This document shows, piece after piece, positions 37,008 to 50,609 of a stretch of DNA of 64,000 nucleotides. A program made the translations under genes and the position numbers. Numbering within the stretch: the first letter of the stretch is position 1; the number at the start of each line of letters is the position of its first letter. This DNA comes from Mytilus trossulus (taxonomy: Eukaryota), in contig NC_086380.1 of the NCBI RefSeq assembly GCF_036588685.1, positions 75,826,001 through 75,890,000 on the forward strand, given 5' to 3'. The notes beneath the pieces were generated by a model. It searched no databases. It was not told where the DNA came from and saw nothing but the letters and a program-made list of their open reading frames with translations.

Positions 37008-38655
37008 ATGGCATCGGCTAGTTTATGTGATCCTTGTTCCGAAGCTGACAAGTCTTCAACAGCAACAAAGTATTGCTGACTGTGAAGAAAGACTTTGTAC
37101 AGACTGTGATAAATCACATTGCAGATTCAAAGCCTTCAAATCTCACCATGTTATCGACCTGACGTCCATCGGATCCAATAAACTTTTGTCTGCGATAAAA
37201 AACTGCAATATCCATTCAGAAATGATATTGGACTATTACTGCACAGACCATGAGATCGTTTGCTGTAGAGCCTGCATATCTAATGAACACAGGGTTTGTC
37301 AGAACGTACTCCCATTGGAACTTGCCTCGAAGGATGTAAAAAAGTCTGCACTGTTTAACGATGTTATGGAAGACATGACGCATCTTATTACAACATTGAG
37401 TGCTTTAGACAATAAGAGAGAGTCAAACTTACAATCAATGGAGGAATCCAAATCAACAATAACTAAGAAGATCCGAGCAGTGAAATCCAAATTTTTGAAA
37501 CAAATTGACGATTTGGAGCGTGAATTAACGACCACTTTGTCATCTCTCCAACGAAAACATGAAATGGAAATCAACAAACAAAAGCAAGAAATATCGCAAG
37601 TCTTGGTCAATGTTATAGAAAATAAAAACGAGATGGATTTTTTGAGAGATCATGGATCTAAGAATCAGCTCTTTATATTCCTTCGCCAACAAGTAACAAA
37701 TATTCATAGCGCCGAGGCCAATATTCAGCAGATAATATCCGATTCACAAGAATTCGATATTACCTTTGACGAAAAGAAAGATGGTAAGCTTGAGTCTCTC
37801 GGGTCACTGTTAGAGATTGTTCAACCATGTCAAGTTCAATACAAACAACGAAAATGTCAACAGGCACAAATAAATGCAGAACCAACGAAACGCATTGTAG
37901 GTTTTGAGAGGGATACAGTATTAAAACTTAATACTGATGTGATCGAAGGTCTATTTAGTGTATCAGTTACAGATAATAATAAGCTGCTCATTACTAATGC
38001 AGCACTACTCAATCCCAAACTGTATGTTTACAAAGACTGTAAAGATTATGAGACAGAGATAGTTTTTTCCTCCGCACCTTGTTGTGTTGCTGTTATACCT
38101 GGTACGGACAGAGCTGTTATTACCCTACCTAACGCAATGTCTATACAATTCATCAATACGACAAAGATGACAAAGGACAACACAGTTAACGTCGGATTAA
38201 CATGTTATGGTATTACTGCTGGACGTGACAGAATTTATGTTGGTGGTACAGGTGGTACTATCAAAACATTAGACCCCAATGGGACAGTTCTAAAAACGAT
38301 TCAACAAGGATCTAATAATATTTTCTTCATAGCATACGATGATATTCATGATCATTTGATTGTTAGATGTCATGACAAACTCCTTTGTATCAAAGTAGAT
38401 GGAACCCAAGTATACAGCAAGGACGTCTCAGGTTTAGCAGGAGTAACACGCGATAGGCGTGGTAACATTTACTACGGTTGTTACTATGCCAACAACATAC
38501 AGAGAATATCATCAGATGGGGAAAACTGTGAAGAAATGCTGAACAAAGACAATGGCATTTACCGTCCGTATGGAATGTGTTTTAATAACGACTTCACGAA
38601 ACTGTTTGTAATTAATAACGAAGGTAAATCTGTTCGTGTATACAAATGCAAGTAA
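37008..38655 (+). pseudogene. TRIM-like copy 2 with a single 2-bp frameshift in B-box1
   Basis: Orthologous ATG at 37008 after the acceptor at 36997. TATTGCTCTGACTGT in copy 1 is TATTGCTGACTGT here, giving TGA at 37077 after 23 codons. The rest is open to 38655. Confidence 0.85.
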
Positions 38656-39393
38656 ATGTTTTTATGAAACAACATGAGTACTTGAATTTATATTATGTAA
38701 TTTATCGTGTTACTTAAATATACACATATAAAGTGCAAACTTCTTTTTTGGAAAATGACGCAGTCATTGTTCCATAACTGCCGACCTGAACTTCATTACA
38801 TTTCTCTGCCTACCGCGCTTGGTTTCGTGTTTCCTATTTTCCATACAAACTGGAATCTGCTTGTGTTATCATTATGCATCATTGTGTAGTATTAAATCAG
38901 CCAGGACCCAGTTTACACTGGTTTTTGCTTGTATTCCACTACACTCAAACAAATTGTTGTAATTTGACGGGAACCAGTTTTAGAATTTGTAAACTACAAA
39001 ACGTAATCGGTTATTGTTCATTCCGTTTTGGTGTTACATACCGACTTATATGGTTTGAATAAGCTTAAGACCCTTCAAACATTAATGTGATAGGTATATT
39101 AAAGATTGTTTTACAAAAGGATTGAACTGTTTTACTTTCAAAGTCGTACTATAGGGATATCTGTCATATACGGATTTCCACTCTCACCGGTTAATTTCTT
39201 CTTTTACACGTGCTTTGGAAACTTCCTGTTTAATCGCAAGTTTTAAAATTGTTTTTGAGTGAATTAAACTTATTTTAACAATCATGAAGCGTTCCAGAAT
39301 CATTTTAAAGCAGTTTCTTCTTCTCTTTGATGATGGAAAATACGTTTTCTCAAGAAAATACCGCAAACGATCGCAGAGGAATTGAAACGTACA

Positions 39394-40289
39394 AGTCAAG
39401 TCGGCACCTGGTTAAATTGGCATCTAGTCAAATCGGCACCTATTCGACGTCAATTCGGCATCCAATAATATTTGTTATAATATTTTCTTATCAATTAATT
39501 AATTACTGTTACCAGGTACATAGTGAATATGTTGTTGTGTATTTTGGTAAACCACGAAACGAAAGTGAATATGTAGTGTATAAAGGTAAACAACGAAGCC
39601 CTTACCAAAGCTGTTGTTTTAACAATTAGACGATTTGTGTAATTGTAAAAACAAGTCAATTATTAAAATAAAATGGAAAACTATGAGTCCCTTTCAATAA
39701 ATCAAACTTTCATGCCAAATAATTAGCAAATTTAAGGTGTTTGTTTTTCAGTAAAGTTTAAACAGCATTAAACCTACAATCCTGTAAAATGCTCAACTGG
39801 TTAAAATAATGCAGAAAAATACACAATATCTCATGTATTAGTCCAAATAATTATGACGTCTGGCAAGGCTATTTTATTATTTTTCTGGGACGCCTTCCTA
39901 CGACGTTCGTAGGAAGGCGTCCCAGAAAAAAATTTAACATAGCCTTGCGGTCATAGGAAGTTGTTCCAGAATAAAATTTAAAAAGCCTTGCCAGACGTAA
40001 TAATTATTTGGACTACTCATATATATATATATCATTAAAAATACACCAAAAAAGTCATTAGTTGAGAAAAATAAATATATACAAAATGTACATGAACACC
40101 CAAAAATGTGAAAGTTAGTATTTAACTCTTTTTGCTTAAATACTGAAAAAAATTCTGGCAACCCCTTTCTTATTTTTACCCTATTGCTTAAAATACTGTT
40201 AAAAATATATATTTAACATGGGTGACGAATTGACTATATCAGGTGTCGATTGTAACCAGGTGCTGATTTGTCCAGGTGCCAGTTTGACT
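39394..40289. mobile_element. MITE-like element with repeated subterminal ~16-bp motifs
   Basis: AGTCAAGTCGGCACCTGG-type repeats at the left end are inverted relative to CCAGGTGCCAGTTTGACT-type repeats at the right end. Confidence 0.75.
39839..40015. mobile_element. Short foldback element nested in the previous MITE
   Basis: Outer IR TAGTCCAAATAATTAT-ACGTCTGGCAAGGCT and a perfect 24-bp stem with a 3-nt loop at 39880-39930. Confidence 0.85.
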
Positions 40290-40404
40290 AGAATTCTTTG
40301 ACAAATGTTTGAAACTATCTGAGTTTCATTAGACCTTTGATAGCAGTAACAAAAAGATTATTTACTTAATATTTTGTGGGAGAAGGGGGTTCAGACTTTG
40401 TGGT

Positions 40405-41122
40405 ATCAGGTCTGTTTGTGCCCAATACATTTTCGCACCCTACACGTTCGCACATTCACACTCTACTCATTCGTGCCCAATTTTAATTCAAATTCAAGTT
40501 GAATAATTGGAAAATCATGGTTGTTGTTTTAAATTGCTTTGGTGTAAATACTGAATGTATTTATAGCTTGGTATGAGCAAAACATTGAAGATTTTAAAGG
40601 AAAAAACACAAAAGATAATTGTTTTTAACAGCTTGGTCCCATTGATCTGAAACAACGAAACAATAAAACATAGAAACCAAAATATAGCAATCCACTAATA
40701 TAACCAAAACATGATTAAATTTATTCAACACGCAGAAACAAACAACTGTAGTCAGAATCTCACTTCATTTTGAAACAAGTCAATGAAACAAGTTATAGCA
40801 ATACACTAACCAAAACATGATTAAGAGTTATTCAACACAAAATAAAACGTTGACAAAATACCACTTTATTTAGAAAGGATTATTATTATTTTTAGCAATA
40901 CCTTATCCAAAACATGATTAAGATTTATTCAACACAAAAAAAAAATTGCTGTCTCACTTTATTTTGAGACAATGACAACAATTATACTTATAAGAAAACA
41001 CTTGCTTACAGAGTTATTAAACACAAAACCAATTAAGATTGGGTGCGAACATGTAGGGTGTGAAAGTGAAAGGGGTGAAAATGAGTGGGCGCAAACGTGA
41101 ATGGAAGCGAACGGACCCAGAT
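40405..41122. mobile_element. MITE-like element with TTCGCACC-type subterminal repeats and an internal ~115-bp tandem triplication
   Basis: TTCGCACCCTACACGTTCGCAC at the left versus GGGTGCGAACATGTAGGGTG at the right; CCAAAACATGATTAA...TTATTCAACAC occurs three times (about 40704, 40810, 40908). Confidence 0.7.
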
Positions 41123-42500
41123 TCAGACTATGTACCAGTGAGAAATATACAAGCCTTTCTACGGTATTTATTTGTACAATTCAGCTAGTCTTGACCTATT
41201 CATTTGTCTTAAAAAACCAGCCAGTTGTCACCTTCACTTCACACACACACACATATACGAATATCAATTATATGCTCACGATACATGTTGCATTGTTAAA
41301 CTAATTACGGTATGTGAAAAAAAAGACTTGCATAAAAACTATCCCAATATTAGAGAGAGTGGCGTCATTTTTCTTCAGAGCTTTCAGCTCTTTGATTATA
41401 TTTTCTGTTTGATTTTCGCTTTTTTATGCGGTTACGAAGAAATAATATTCGGAGAAAAATAAGTAAAGTACAAACAAAGACGAAATAAACAAAAATGAAT
41501 ATAAAGATTGAGAATAAAAGTGGAAAAATAAAAAAAAAATACAATAAATAGCGTACATAAATAGCACGCATTAGTAAACAATACAAGCAAACAAATGTTA
41601 AACAAACATTTACAAAGTCTTCGAAAAAAAGATGAAAAAGCCAAATAGAAATGAACAATTTAAACTCACTTACAAAGAAAAATAAAATACCACAAAAAAT
41701 CAAATAAAAATTGTAGATTCAATATATGAAATGATTCAAATGTTTACACAATTCATCTGCACTCAAAATATTGAAATTTGTACTTTAATTTAGAAACCAC
41801 ATTTATTGTTATGCAGTATCTGTTGTATAGTAGTATAATGTTTGTTGAAAATCTTTATATTGTGTATCGCCAACTTGTTTCATTACGTAATTTGCACTTG
41901 GTACTTTTTTGGCGGGTGATTAAGAATACAATATTACAATGTATTTCCTATTTCCTATTTCCTCTTAATACCGCATTTCTATAACGAAACCAACTTTGAG
42001 TAGTAATGAATGTTAATCTGCGGCTAACGGATTTTTTTTCCCTCAGGATCTAATTTTAAGTACATTTAGAAGACACATTAGATGAACTTATAAATGGATC
42101 AGCCACAGTTTCAAGTATTCATATAATCAGCATGTTCTGATGGATTGACAAGTTAACACAGGATAATCGCAATATATGGGTACTCCGAACAGCGGAAGAT
42201 GTTTGGAAATTTAATTCAATTCCTGTGTTTGAAACTTAAGGTAGAAATTCAAAAAAATTAACCACACACAATGGGAAATCGTGCGTGTACGAGGTAATAC
42301 TCTCGGATTTGTCTGGCGTCAGCTTTGTACCGAAAGATTTATGAATTAATATGAAAACTATGGTCCCACTCATTTGCACGATTATGGATTAGATTATAAT
42401 GGTATGTATGCTCTGCAACCTAATCAATCTTTTCCTACCTAATCAATCTTTTCCTACCTTATCAGGCCATTATGATACCGTAAACTCTGATGAATATTAT

Positions 42501-42964
42501 AAGTTACATAGTGTGTTAGTGACCTAATATGATATATAGAGGGTCAGTAAATTCCATATGGGGTGAGAGGTCATTTGCACACTATGTAACGAATTTATCT
42601 TACCGACTATCTTTCTTTGTTGAATTTAGGCTAAAGCTTTCTTATTTGCTATCATAACACATCTCCTTATTTCTGTATTAAAAATGTTCAAGTGTTCAAT
42701 TTTAAGAACCTTCTTCAATTGATCTGCACTAAAAAAAACTAATGTAAACGATTAATAACTATGATAAACAACCTTGATATAACAATATAAAACAGAACTT
42801 TCAATATTTTAAATAATTAAACAATGCCTAAGTGGCAAATTCACTACTAATCGCGTATTGAAATAAGCCTCGCCTCCCTACTAACCTAATATTGAATATG
42901 CACGGTCTCCAAGAGGTCGCTTTTAACCAATCATATTCCTAGATATGTATTTGAGGTAAGATAA
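42501..42964. mobile_element. Short non-autonomous insertion whose internal segment is complementary to both ends
   Basis: Absent from the paralogous spacer (near 23425). Left end 42503-42515 pairs with 42578-42590; right end 42955-42964 pairs with 42595-42604. Confidence 0.75.
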
Positions 42965-45900
42965 TATCCCGGATTGCCAAATTATTCAACACAAGTATCG
43001 ATTGAAAACACAAAATCACTATCAAATGGACATATGCAAAACGGTATAGATGAAGAAAATTGGTGTTACATGTGTGTTAATTTGTGTTTTGCTATTCCTT
43101 GTAGTTGTCATTCTCTTGTATCAAACGACATAATTAATGTTATATATCAATTAATATCAAATAAGGTAATACTACGATCAAGCAAATGTTGCCTATGTGA
43201 AATCTGCGTAAGTTTTATTTACAGTTTTTTGTGTGTTTATTTGACAGACAATAACAATCAAAACCAAGGAGTAAACAAAGACTTACAAAACCAAAAGGCA
43301 TTTACATGAACAGATATAAATAATAAATAAGAAACAACACGAACTCCAATAAAACATATGACGTGGTGCTGTACTTAAATATCCCGTCTTCAACATTGAG
43401 TTAGTGTGCAATTGAAAATGTTTTGTATTCCTGTATTTCATTTTGTTTATGTGCTTTGTTTACATGCCTTTTTTGTTACTTTGTTACTTTTTTGTAATGT
43501 TATAGTGATAAAGATTATAACCCAATACTGAATGCTATACCCCTATTTTGATATTTTAGCCTATTAAGTCTGTTTTTTTCACACATTGTTGTCAATATAA
43601 TATGTATTATCTGCATAAGAATATACCTGTACCTAGTCAGAAATTTTTTGTTATCCATACATTTGATGCGTTTGAGCTTTTGTTTTTTCCCATTTGATTA
43701 GGGTCTTTCTGTTTTAATGTTTGCATTTTCATGGGAGTTCAGTATTTTGGCGATTTCCTTTTACATGTAAAATTGTAAGATGTCGGCCGAAGAATGCCAA
43801 CACGATCAGTTTTCACATTACATATGATTTGTAAATACATTTTTTACTAAACCGAATAAATGACGGGTTATATTTTCTTTACTTCTGTAGCATATACATA
43901 TCGGTGTGGTATATACATTTAATGATTTGGAACATCGCCAGTTTGTCAGTTTGTCAGTTTAGTGAACATGTTGAATTGTTAAATATTTTAAAACCGGAAA
44001 TTGTAAAAGATAACATCGTATTCACCTACATTGCAAGGAGTATTATTAAAATTTAAAAGTTAATAAATTTGAAGGAAATTGTGCTCGTGTTAATGTATAT
44101 TTTTAGATGCACAATGACACTTGAATAATTCAGTCAGTCTCCTTTCAAATGGAAATGCTAGGATTGCGAAGACTTCAATTGAATACTTTTAAAGCTAGAT
44201 ATCTTATTATATTTATTGAATAAAACTATAGTATAAATTTCTCAGTGGATTATTGTAAACAACTTTTCATACTGTATATGTTGGTATTTATTGCTTTTTA
44301 ATTTCAATAAAACATTTTTTGTTGGTTTTATATTTTGTTGATTTTCGGAAAGTAACTATAGAACATTATAGACGTATGGATTTGTAAAGTTATAATGTAC
44401 AAACCCACGATGAAAAGTAATAACCTGTACAAAATAATAACATGTTCATGGCATATATGTGTACAGAGCCACTTCATATGTATCAAAGAAGCACAAAAAG
44501 GCACATGAACAAAATACATTAGCAAAAATGAAAGCCAAGAATACGAGCATTACCATAGAACAATAACACAATAACAGGTGAACAAGTGCCGAGCTACGTC
44601 AAATGAATATCAATAAAAACAGACTAAACATAAAAGTAATATTACTAAACATATATAAAAAAATAGTATACAACGTAGATATCCCGAATCTCAACTTCAT
44701 GACCATCTTGTATTTGTGAAGTTGATACGGAATATTTATCAACAAGGTCGATGAATCTTTTGAGAAAAATTACAAGATGTTCTTTGATATACTCCTGGTT
44801 TAACAACTTTCTTCTCATATACTTGTGACGTTTTACAAAGGCTGAGTAAGAGTTGCAAGCTCCTGAATATGGAATAAGTTTGAAAATGTATATCTCATAT
44901 GCAGGTGAAGTTGGTATATTGCCACTATGGTGGAGACATTGATAATTTTATTAAAATTAAAATCGTCTCGTTTGCCATAGATTATGGTACTGAGATGACC
45001 GAGTATGTCAAATTCGATAAATAAGTCTAAAAATGAGATGAAGGAAGTCGACTCTGTTGTTACTTTAATTTCAAGTTTTAGGGAATATATCAATGGAGTC
45101 CAATCAGAAAAGTTTGGATTGTTAGTGGAAGGAACCTTCGTCTGTTATTGTAATTGTATGTAATTGTATGTCAAGCTTGCCATAAAACTATACCTGCAGT
45201 GTCTCCAATGAGGTTTGAGTATTGAATCGAATTCATGTTTTTGTGGTTAATATACTGTTTTGAAAAAAAAAATATCATACCACATTATTCACGATCCGAT
45301 TGAGACACTTGACCACCGAACTTTTTTTTTTTTTATGCCATCGACGTATCGAGGATTATTACATTTTATAATTGTACGTCTCTACTTCATTGTGTCCAAA
45401 AAAAATTTCGTTCACTAATTTTAGTTTGCATCATCCAAGTGTTAGAACATCATCAATATTAATTTGAGAAATTAAATGACCTGGCTTCTTTGATATTCTT
45501 GTTTTGACAAGTGTCTGAAGGATCTCCGATTCATATAGAAATAAAAAGATGTCGACACAGAGAGGCGCATAGTTCTTCCACATATGAATGACGACAACTT
45601 GTTGAACAAGTCTACCTCCAAATTAAAAAGATATGTTGTCAAAAGAAAACTGGCTACGTTTATTTGCGCTCTTTTTTTGAACGCTACTTGGATTTTTGTA
45701 TTAGTTTATTGTTTTTTTTGAAATTTGTCTGTCTTTAACCTTGTCTGTTACTGAAATTTGTAATTGTATGTTCATCATTTCGTTTTAATGACAAATGAAA
45801 AAAAACATATCGTTAAATGAATATAAAATCTACCTATGTTATAAAAAATCATGATATCTTTTTTCTGCACTGAATGTTCTTATGGATCCTTTGGCTTAAA

Positions 45901-47439
45901 CAATAATGAAATGTCTTAAAAAAAAAAATAATTCACTAAGTTTCATTAAGTAGCCATATTTGAACATAAAAAATGCCATTATAAGAACTGTTTGGCTGTA
46001 TTAATAAAAATAACCCCACTATTAAAGCAGTACCCCTTTCTGAAAACAGGCAAAATTTGGAAATCTGTCATGTCTACTAAATGATCTGTAAATCTCATTC
46101 TAGTCTATCTTTTTGAATGTTTTCCTATTATTTGGATACTGTGGAGCTAGAAGAGTATTCTTATCTATTATTTTTATTTTTTCCCTCAAGTTTTAGGGTA
46201 TGATATATCAATGAAGTCCAATCAGAAAAGTTTAAATTGTTAGTTGAACATGTTGAAAGAAACTTCGTCTGTTATTGAAGTTTGCAATTGTATGTCAAGC
46301 GTGCCATAAATCTATACACATGCAATGTCTCAACTAATATTTGAGTATTGAATCGAATTCATGTATTTATAGTTTAGATACTTTTTTGAAATAAATAAAC
46401 AAAAAACAAACACAAAATAATATCATACCATATTATTCACGATCCGATTGCGACACTTGACCACCGAACCTTTTTTTATGCAATTGACGCATCAGGGAAC
46501 ATTATATTTTCCAATTGTACGTATCTACTTCCTTTCGTATTTTTTTAAAAATTTTCGTTCAATTATTTTAGTTTCAAGTGTTAAAACATCAACAATATTA
46601 ATTTGTGAAATTAAATTACCTGGCTTGTTTGATATTCTTGTTTTGACAAGTGTCTGAAGGATCTCCGATTCATACTACGAAAATATAAATAGGTCGACGA
46701 AGAGGCGCATAGTTCGTTTCCCTAGAAATGACGACAATTTGTTGAACAAGTCTACCTCCAACTTGTCCAAATTAAATAAATATGTTGTGATAAGAAAACT
46801 GTCTATGTTTATTTACGCTCTCGCTTTGAACGCTACATGGATATTTTTTATGGTTTTATTGGCTATTTTGAAATTTGTTAGTCTTTGACCTTGTCTTCGA
46901 CCATGTCTTTGACCTTGACCTTTTAGCTTGTCTTTGACCTTGACCTTTTAGCTTGTATTTGACCTTGACCTTTTAGCTTGTATTTGACCTTGACCTTTTA
47001 GCTTGTCTGTTATTGAAGTTTGTAAGTGTATGTCCATCAGTTCGTATTAATGACAAATAAAAAAAAAATATATCGTAAAATGAATATAAAATCTACATTT
47101 ATTATAAAAAAAAATCATGACATCTTTCTTCACTTATGGTTCATATATATTGTGTGCTTTAACAAAATCAAAACTGGGTTTTGCAGTCCACAAGAACCTT
47201 AATAGAAAAAAATATTACTAGTATAAGCTGTCTGTGTCATTAAATCCTTAAAAATATAAAATCTAAAATAATTCCTGTGCAGCCGGCCTAATTATCTATA
47301 GTAATTATCATTACTTTTTTTTCTATACACAACTCTAGAACTAAACAATTTGATTTAAATAATGAGAAATCATTTTTCATGCTTTAAAATGTATTTATAC
47401 ATGTTAAAGTGTGTGTTTATTTTTAACCAAGAAGAGAAC

Positions 47440-47581
47440 AGCGCCACGTAGTGTTTAAAATCATCATACATCACACAGGTGTTTTACTGTTGTCTTCAAG
47501 AACCAGAATTACAAGTTAAAGTGTAGAACCGTCGTGGTTTTATTCTTAATTGGAAGCTTTACGAAAATCAATCAGGTATGT
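47440..47581 (+). promoter_or_regulatory. Single putative promoter/first-exon block of TRIM copy 3
   Basis: Same block as in the arrays, with donor GT at 47576 and acceptor AG at 47820-47821, 10 nt before the ATG at 47832. The ETS-like motif just upstream is disrupted. Confidence 0.6.
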
Positions 47582-47831
47582 TTTCTTACTTTTGTAAGGG
47601 TTATTTTTTTATGAAGAGCTAAACTAGCTTATAGCTGGTAGTTTAAGTCATACATCATTTCGATTGATTACAAATTGCGTTTTTTTCTTTTAAAATGACA
47701 TTAAGTTCCTATTCTAGATTGTTAAATGTTGATTGCTTATAAAAACTTGCATACAATACAGAAAATGTTGAACAATCTTTTGTTTTAAAGTTTAATAAAA
47801 CCACAATTCACCTCTTTTTAGACGTTTTTTT

Positions 47832-49490
47832 ATGGCATCAGCAAGTTTTTGTGACCCTTGTTTCGAAGCCGAAAATTCTCTAGCAGCAACAAAGTATTGC
47901 TCAGAATGTGCAGAAAGACTTTGTACAAACTGTGCGGAATCACATTGCAGATTTAAAGCCTTCAAATCTCACCATGTTATTGACCTGTCGTCCATCGGAT
48001 CATATAAACTTATATCAACGAAGAAAAGCTGCAACGTTTATCTAGAAATGAGTTTGGATTATTACTGCACAGACCATGAGATCGTATGCTGTAAAGCCTG
48101 TATTTCTGATAAACACAGGCTTTGTCAGAACGTACTCCCGTTGGAACTTGCCTCGAAAGATGTTAGAAAATCTGCACTGTTTAACGATGTTATGGAAGAC
48201 ATAACGCATCTTATTACAACATTGAATGCTTTAGACAATAACAGACAGTCAAACTTACAATCTATAGAGAAATCTAAATCAACAATAACTAAGCAGATCC
48301 GAGCAGTGAAATCCAAAATACTGAAACGAGTTGGAGCTTGAACTTACGACCAGTTTCTCGTCTCTCCAACGAAAACATGAAATGGAAATAAACAAACAAA
48401 AGCAAGAAATATCACAAGTCTTGGTCAACGTTATAGAAAATAAAAACAAAATGGACTTTTTGAGAGATCATGGATCTAAGAATCATCTGTTTATATTCCT
48501 GCGACAACAAGTAACAAATTGTCATACCGTCGAGTCCAAGATTCAACAGATCGTATCCAATTCACAAGAATTCAATATTACCTTCGATGAAAAGAAAGAA
48601 GTTAAGCTTGAGTCTCTCGGGTCACTGTTAGAGTATGTTCAACCATGTCAAGTTCAATACAAACCAAGAAAATTGTAACAGGCCCAGATGAAGACTGACT
48701 CAATGAAACGCATTATTGGGTTTGAGAAGGATACGGAAATAAAAAAAAAAAAAAAAATGTGAAATTTTCTCTTGGAGATGTATCAATCACAAATGATAAT
48801 AAGCTACTCCTCACTAATGATGAGTCATCAGATCCAAAACTCTATGTTTTACAGAGAAGATAAAGAATTTGAGATAGAGATGACATTTTCCTCTGAACCT
48901 AGATGTGTAGCTGTGATACCCGGTACAGACCAAGCTGTTGTTACCCTACCAACAGCTAGGTGTATTCAATTTATAAACACCACAACCATGACAACGATGA
49001 CAAAGGGCGACAAAATTCACGTGGGGTTTCATTGTTGTGGTATCACTGCTGGACGTGACAGAATTTACGTCGGTGGTCAAGATGGTACAAACAAAACATT
49101 AGACACAAATGGAACAATTCTAACAACAATTCAACAAGGAACTAGTTATATTTACTTTATGACATATGATGATACTTATGATCAATTGATTGTAAGAGTT
49201 TATGACAAACTCCTTAACGTCAAACCAGATGGTACACAGGCATACAGTAAGGACGTTCCATGATTAACAGGGATAACACTTGATCGACAGGGAAACATTT
49301 ATTTCTGCAATTTCCAAGACAGCAACATTCAAGAATATCATTAGTTTGGGAAAACAGTGAAGAAATGCTGAACACAGACCATGGTATTTACCAGCCGTAT
49401 GTTATGAGTTTTAACAATGACTTCACAAAACTGTTTGTTATTAATAACTGTTATAATTCCGTATGTGTATACAAATGCAAGTACGAGTAA
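47832..49490 (+). pseudogene. TRIM-like copy 3, multiply disrupted
   Basis: Collinear with copy 1. Lesions: 8-nt deletion at about 48328, TAA at 48676, poly-A run at 48741-48757, TGA at 49261 and a 1-nt loss at about 49332. Ends ...VYKCKYE*. Confidence 0.92.
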
Positions 49491-50609
49491 AACAACATAA
49501 AAACTTAAACATGGATTTTTTTTTATAGCATTGTGTTATTCACATATACATAGAAAATATATATAGCTTGTTTTTATTATCATTTGATCATTATATTAAG
49601 AAGAAAATAAGAATAAAGTTTCAAAGTTCAATTTTTTAATGTTGACTAGCATGACGTTTTTTTATAGGAAGGCGTTGAAAATTGATATATAGTTCAAAAC
49701 CACAAAACGTCATGCCATAGCAAATCCAAATCAATGTTTGATGTTTACATGTTAGATTTGATATAGGCAAATGTAATATACCGCTGTTTCAAAGTCATAA
49801 ATCGATTGAGAGAACAAATCGGGGTTACAAACTAAAACCGAGGGAATCACATCAACTATATATAGAACGGAAACAAAAAAACAACAGAACACTGAAGTGC
49901 AAAAAAAACCAAAACCCGACAAATGAAATATTAAGTAGAAGGAGAGAGACAACAATATTTCGAAAGATAGTGCGAGCAAAGCGGCAAAGAAATCAATTTA
50001 AATATATATATATATACGAAGGCAAATAAAAAGATTTAAGATAAGTGTACATTGAATAAAATTGAGAATGGAAATGGGGAATGTGTCAAAGAGACAACAA
50101 CCCGACCAAAGAAAAAAACCAGCTGAAGGTCACCAACAGGTCTTCAATGTAGCGAGGTTGTTGTCTCTTTGATAATTCCCCATTTCTATACTAAATTTCA
50201 AAGAATAGAAAAATACAAAATAGCAAACCAAAAAATGCAACCCCTCCCTAAACAAACAAATGAAAAACCCAAATTAAACGTTTATACACAAAAAAAAACA
50301 AAAAAACAAATAAAAAAAAAAACAACAAAAAACAAACCACAAAAAGTACAAAAGGAAATTTCAATCATATAACAATAAATTACTTTAATATAACAGTAAA
50401 ACTGAAATGACAAAAAGGTGTAGATTCAATATATGAAATTAGAAAAAAATAAGTAAACAACTTATCATTGCTCAATATATTTAAAATAGTACTTTTTAGG
50501 ATAATTGTTAACTTTTTGTATTCCGATGAGCAAAAAAGATGTGAATAATAAATTCAATTCAAGTATATAATGTTTTTTGAAAAATATTCCTGGTGTTTAA
50601 TTTAACTTT

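Larger units (their letters stand above)
38750..41372. mobile_element. Composite insertion (about 2.6 kb) downstream of copy 2, containing nested MITEs
   Basis: Absent from the equivalent position behind copy 1; short inverted ends GAAAATGACGC and GCGTCATTTTTC. Confidence 0.65.
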
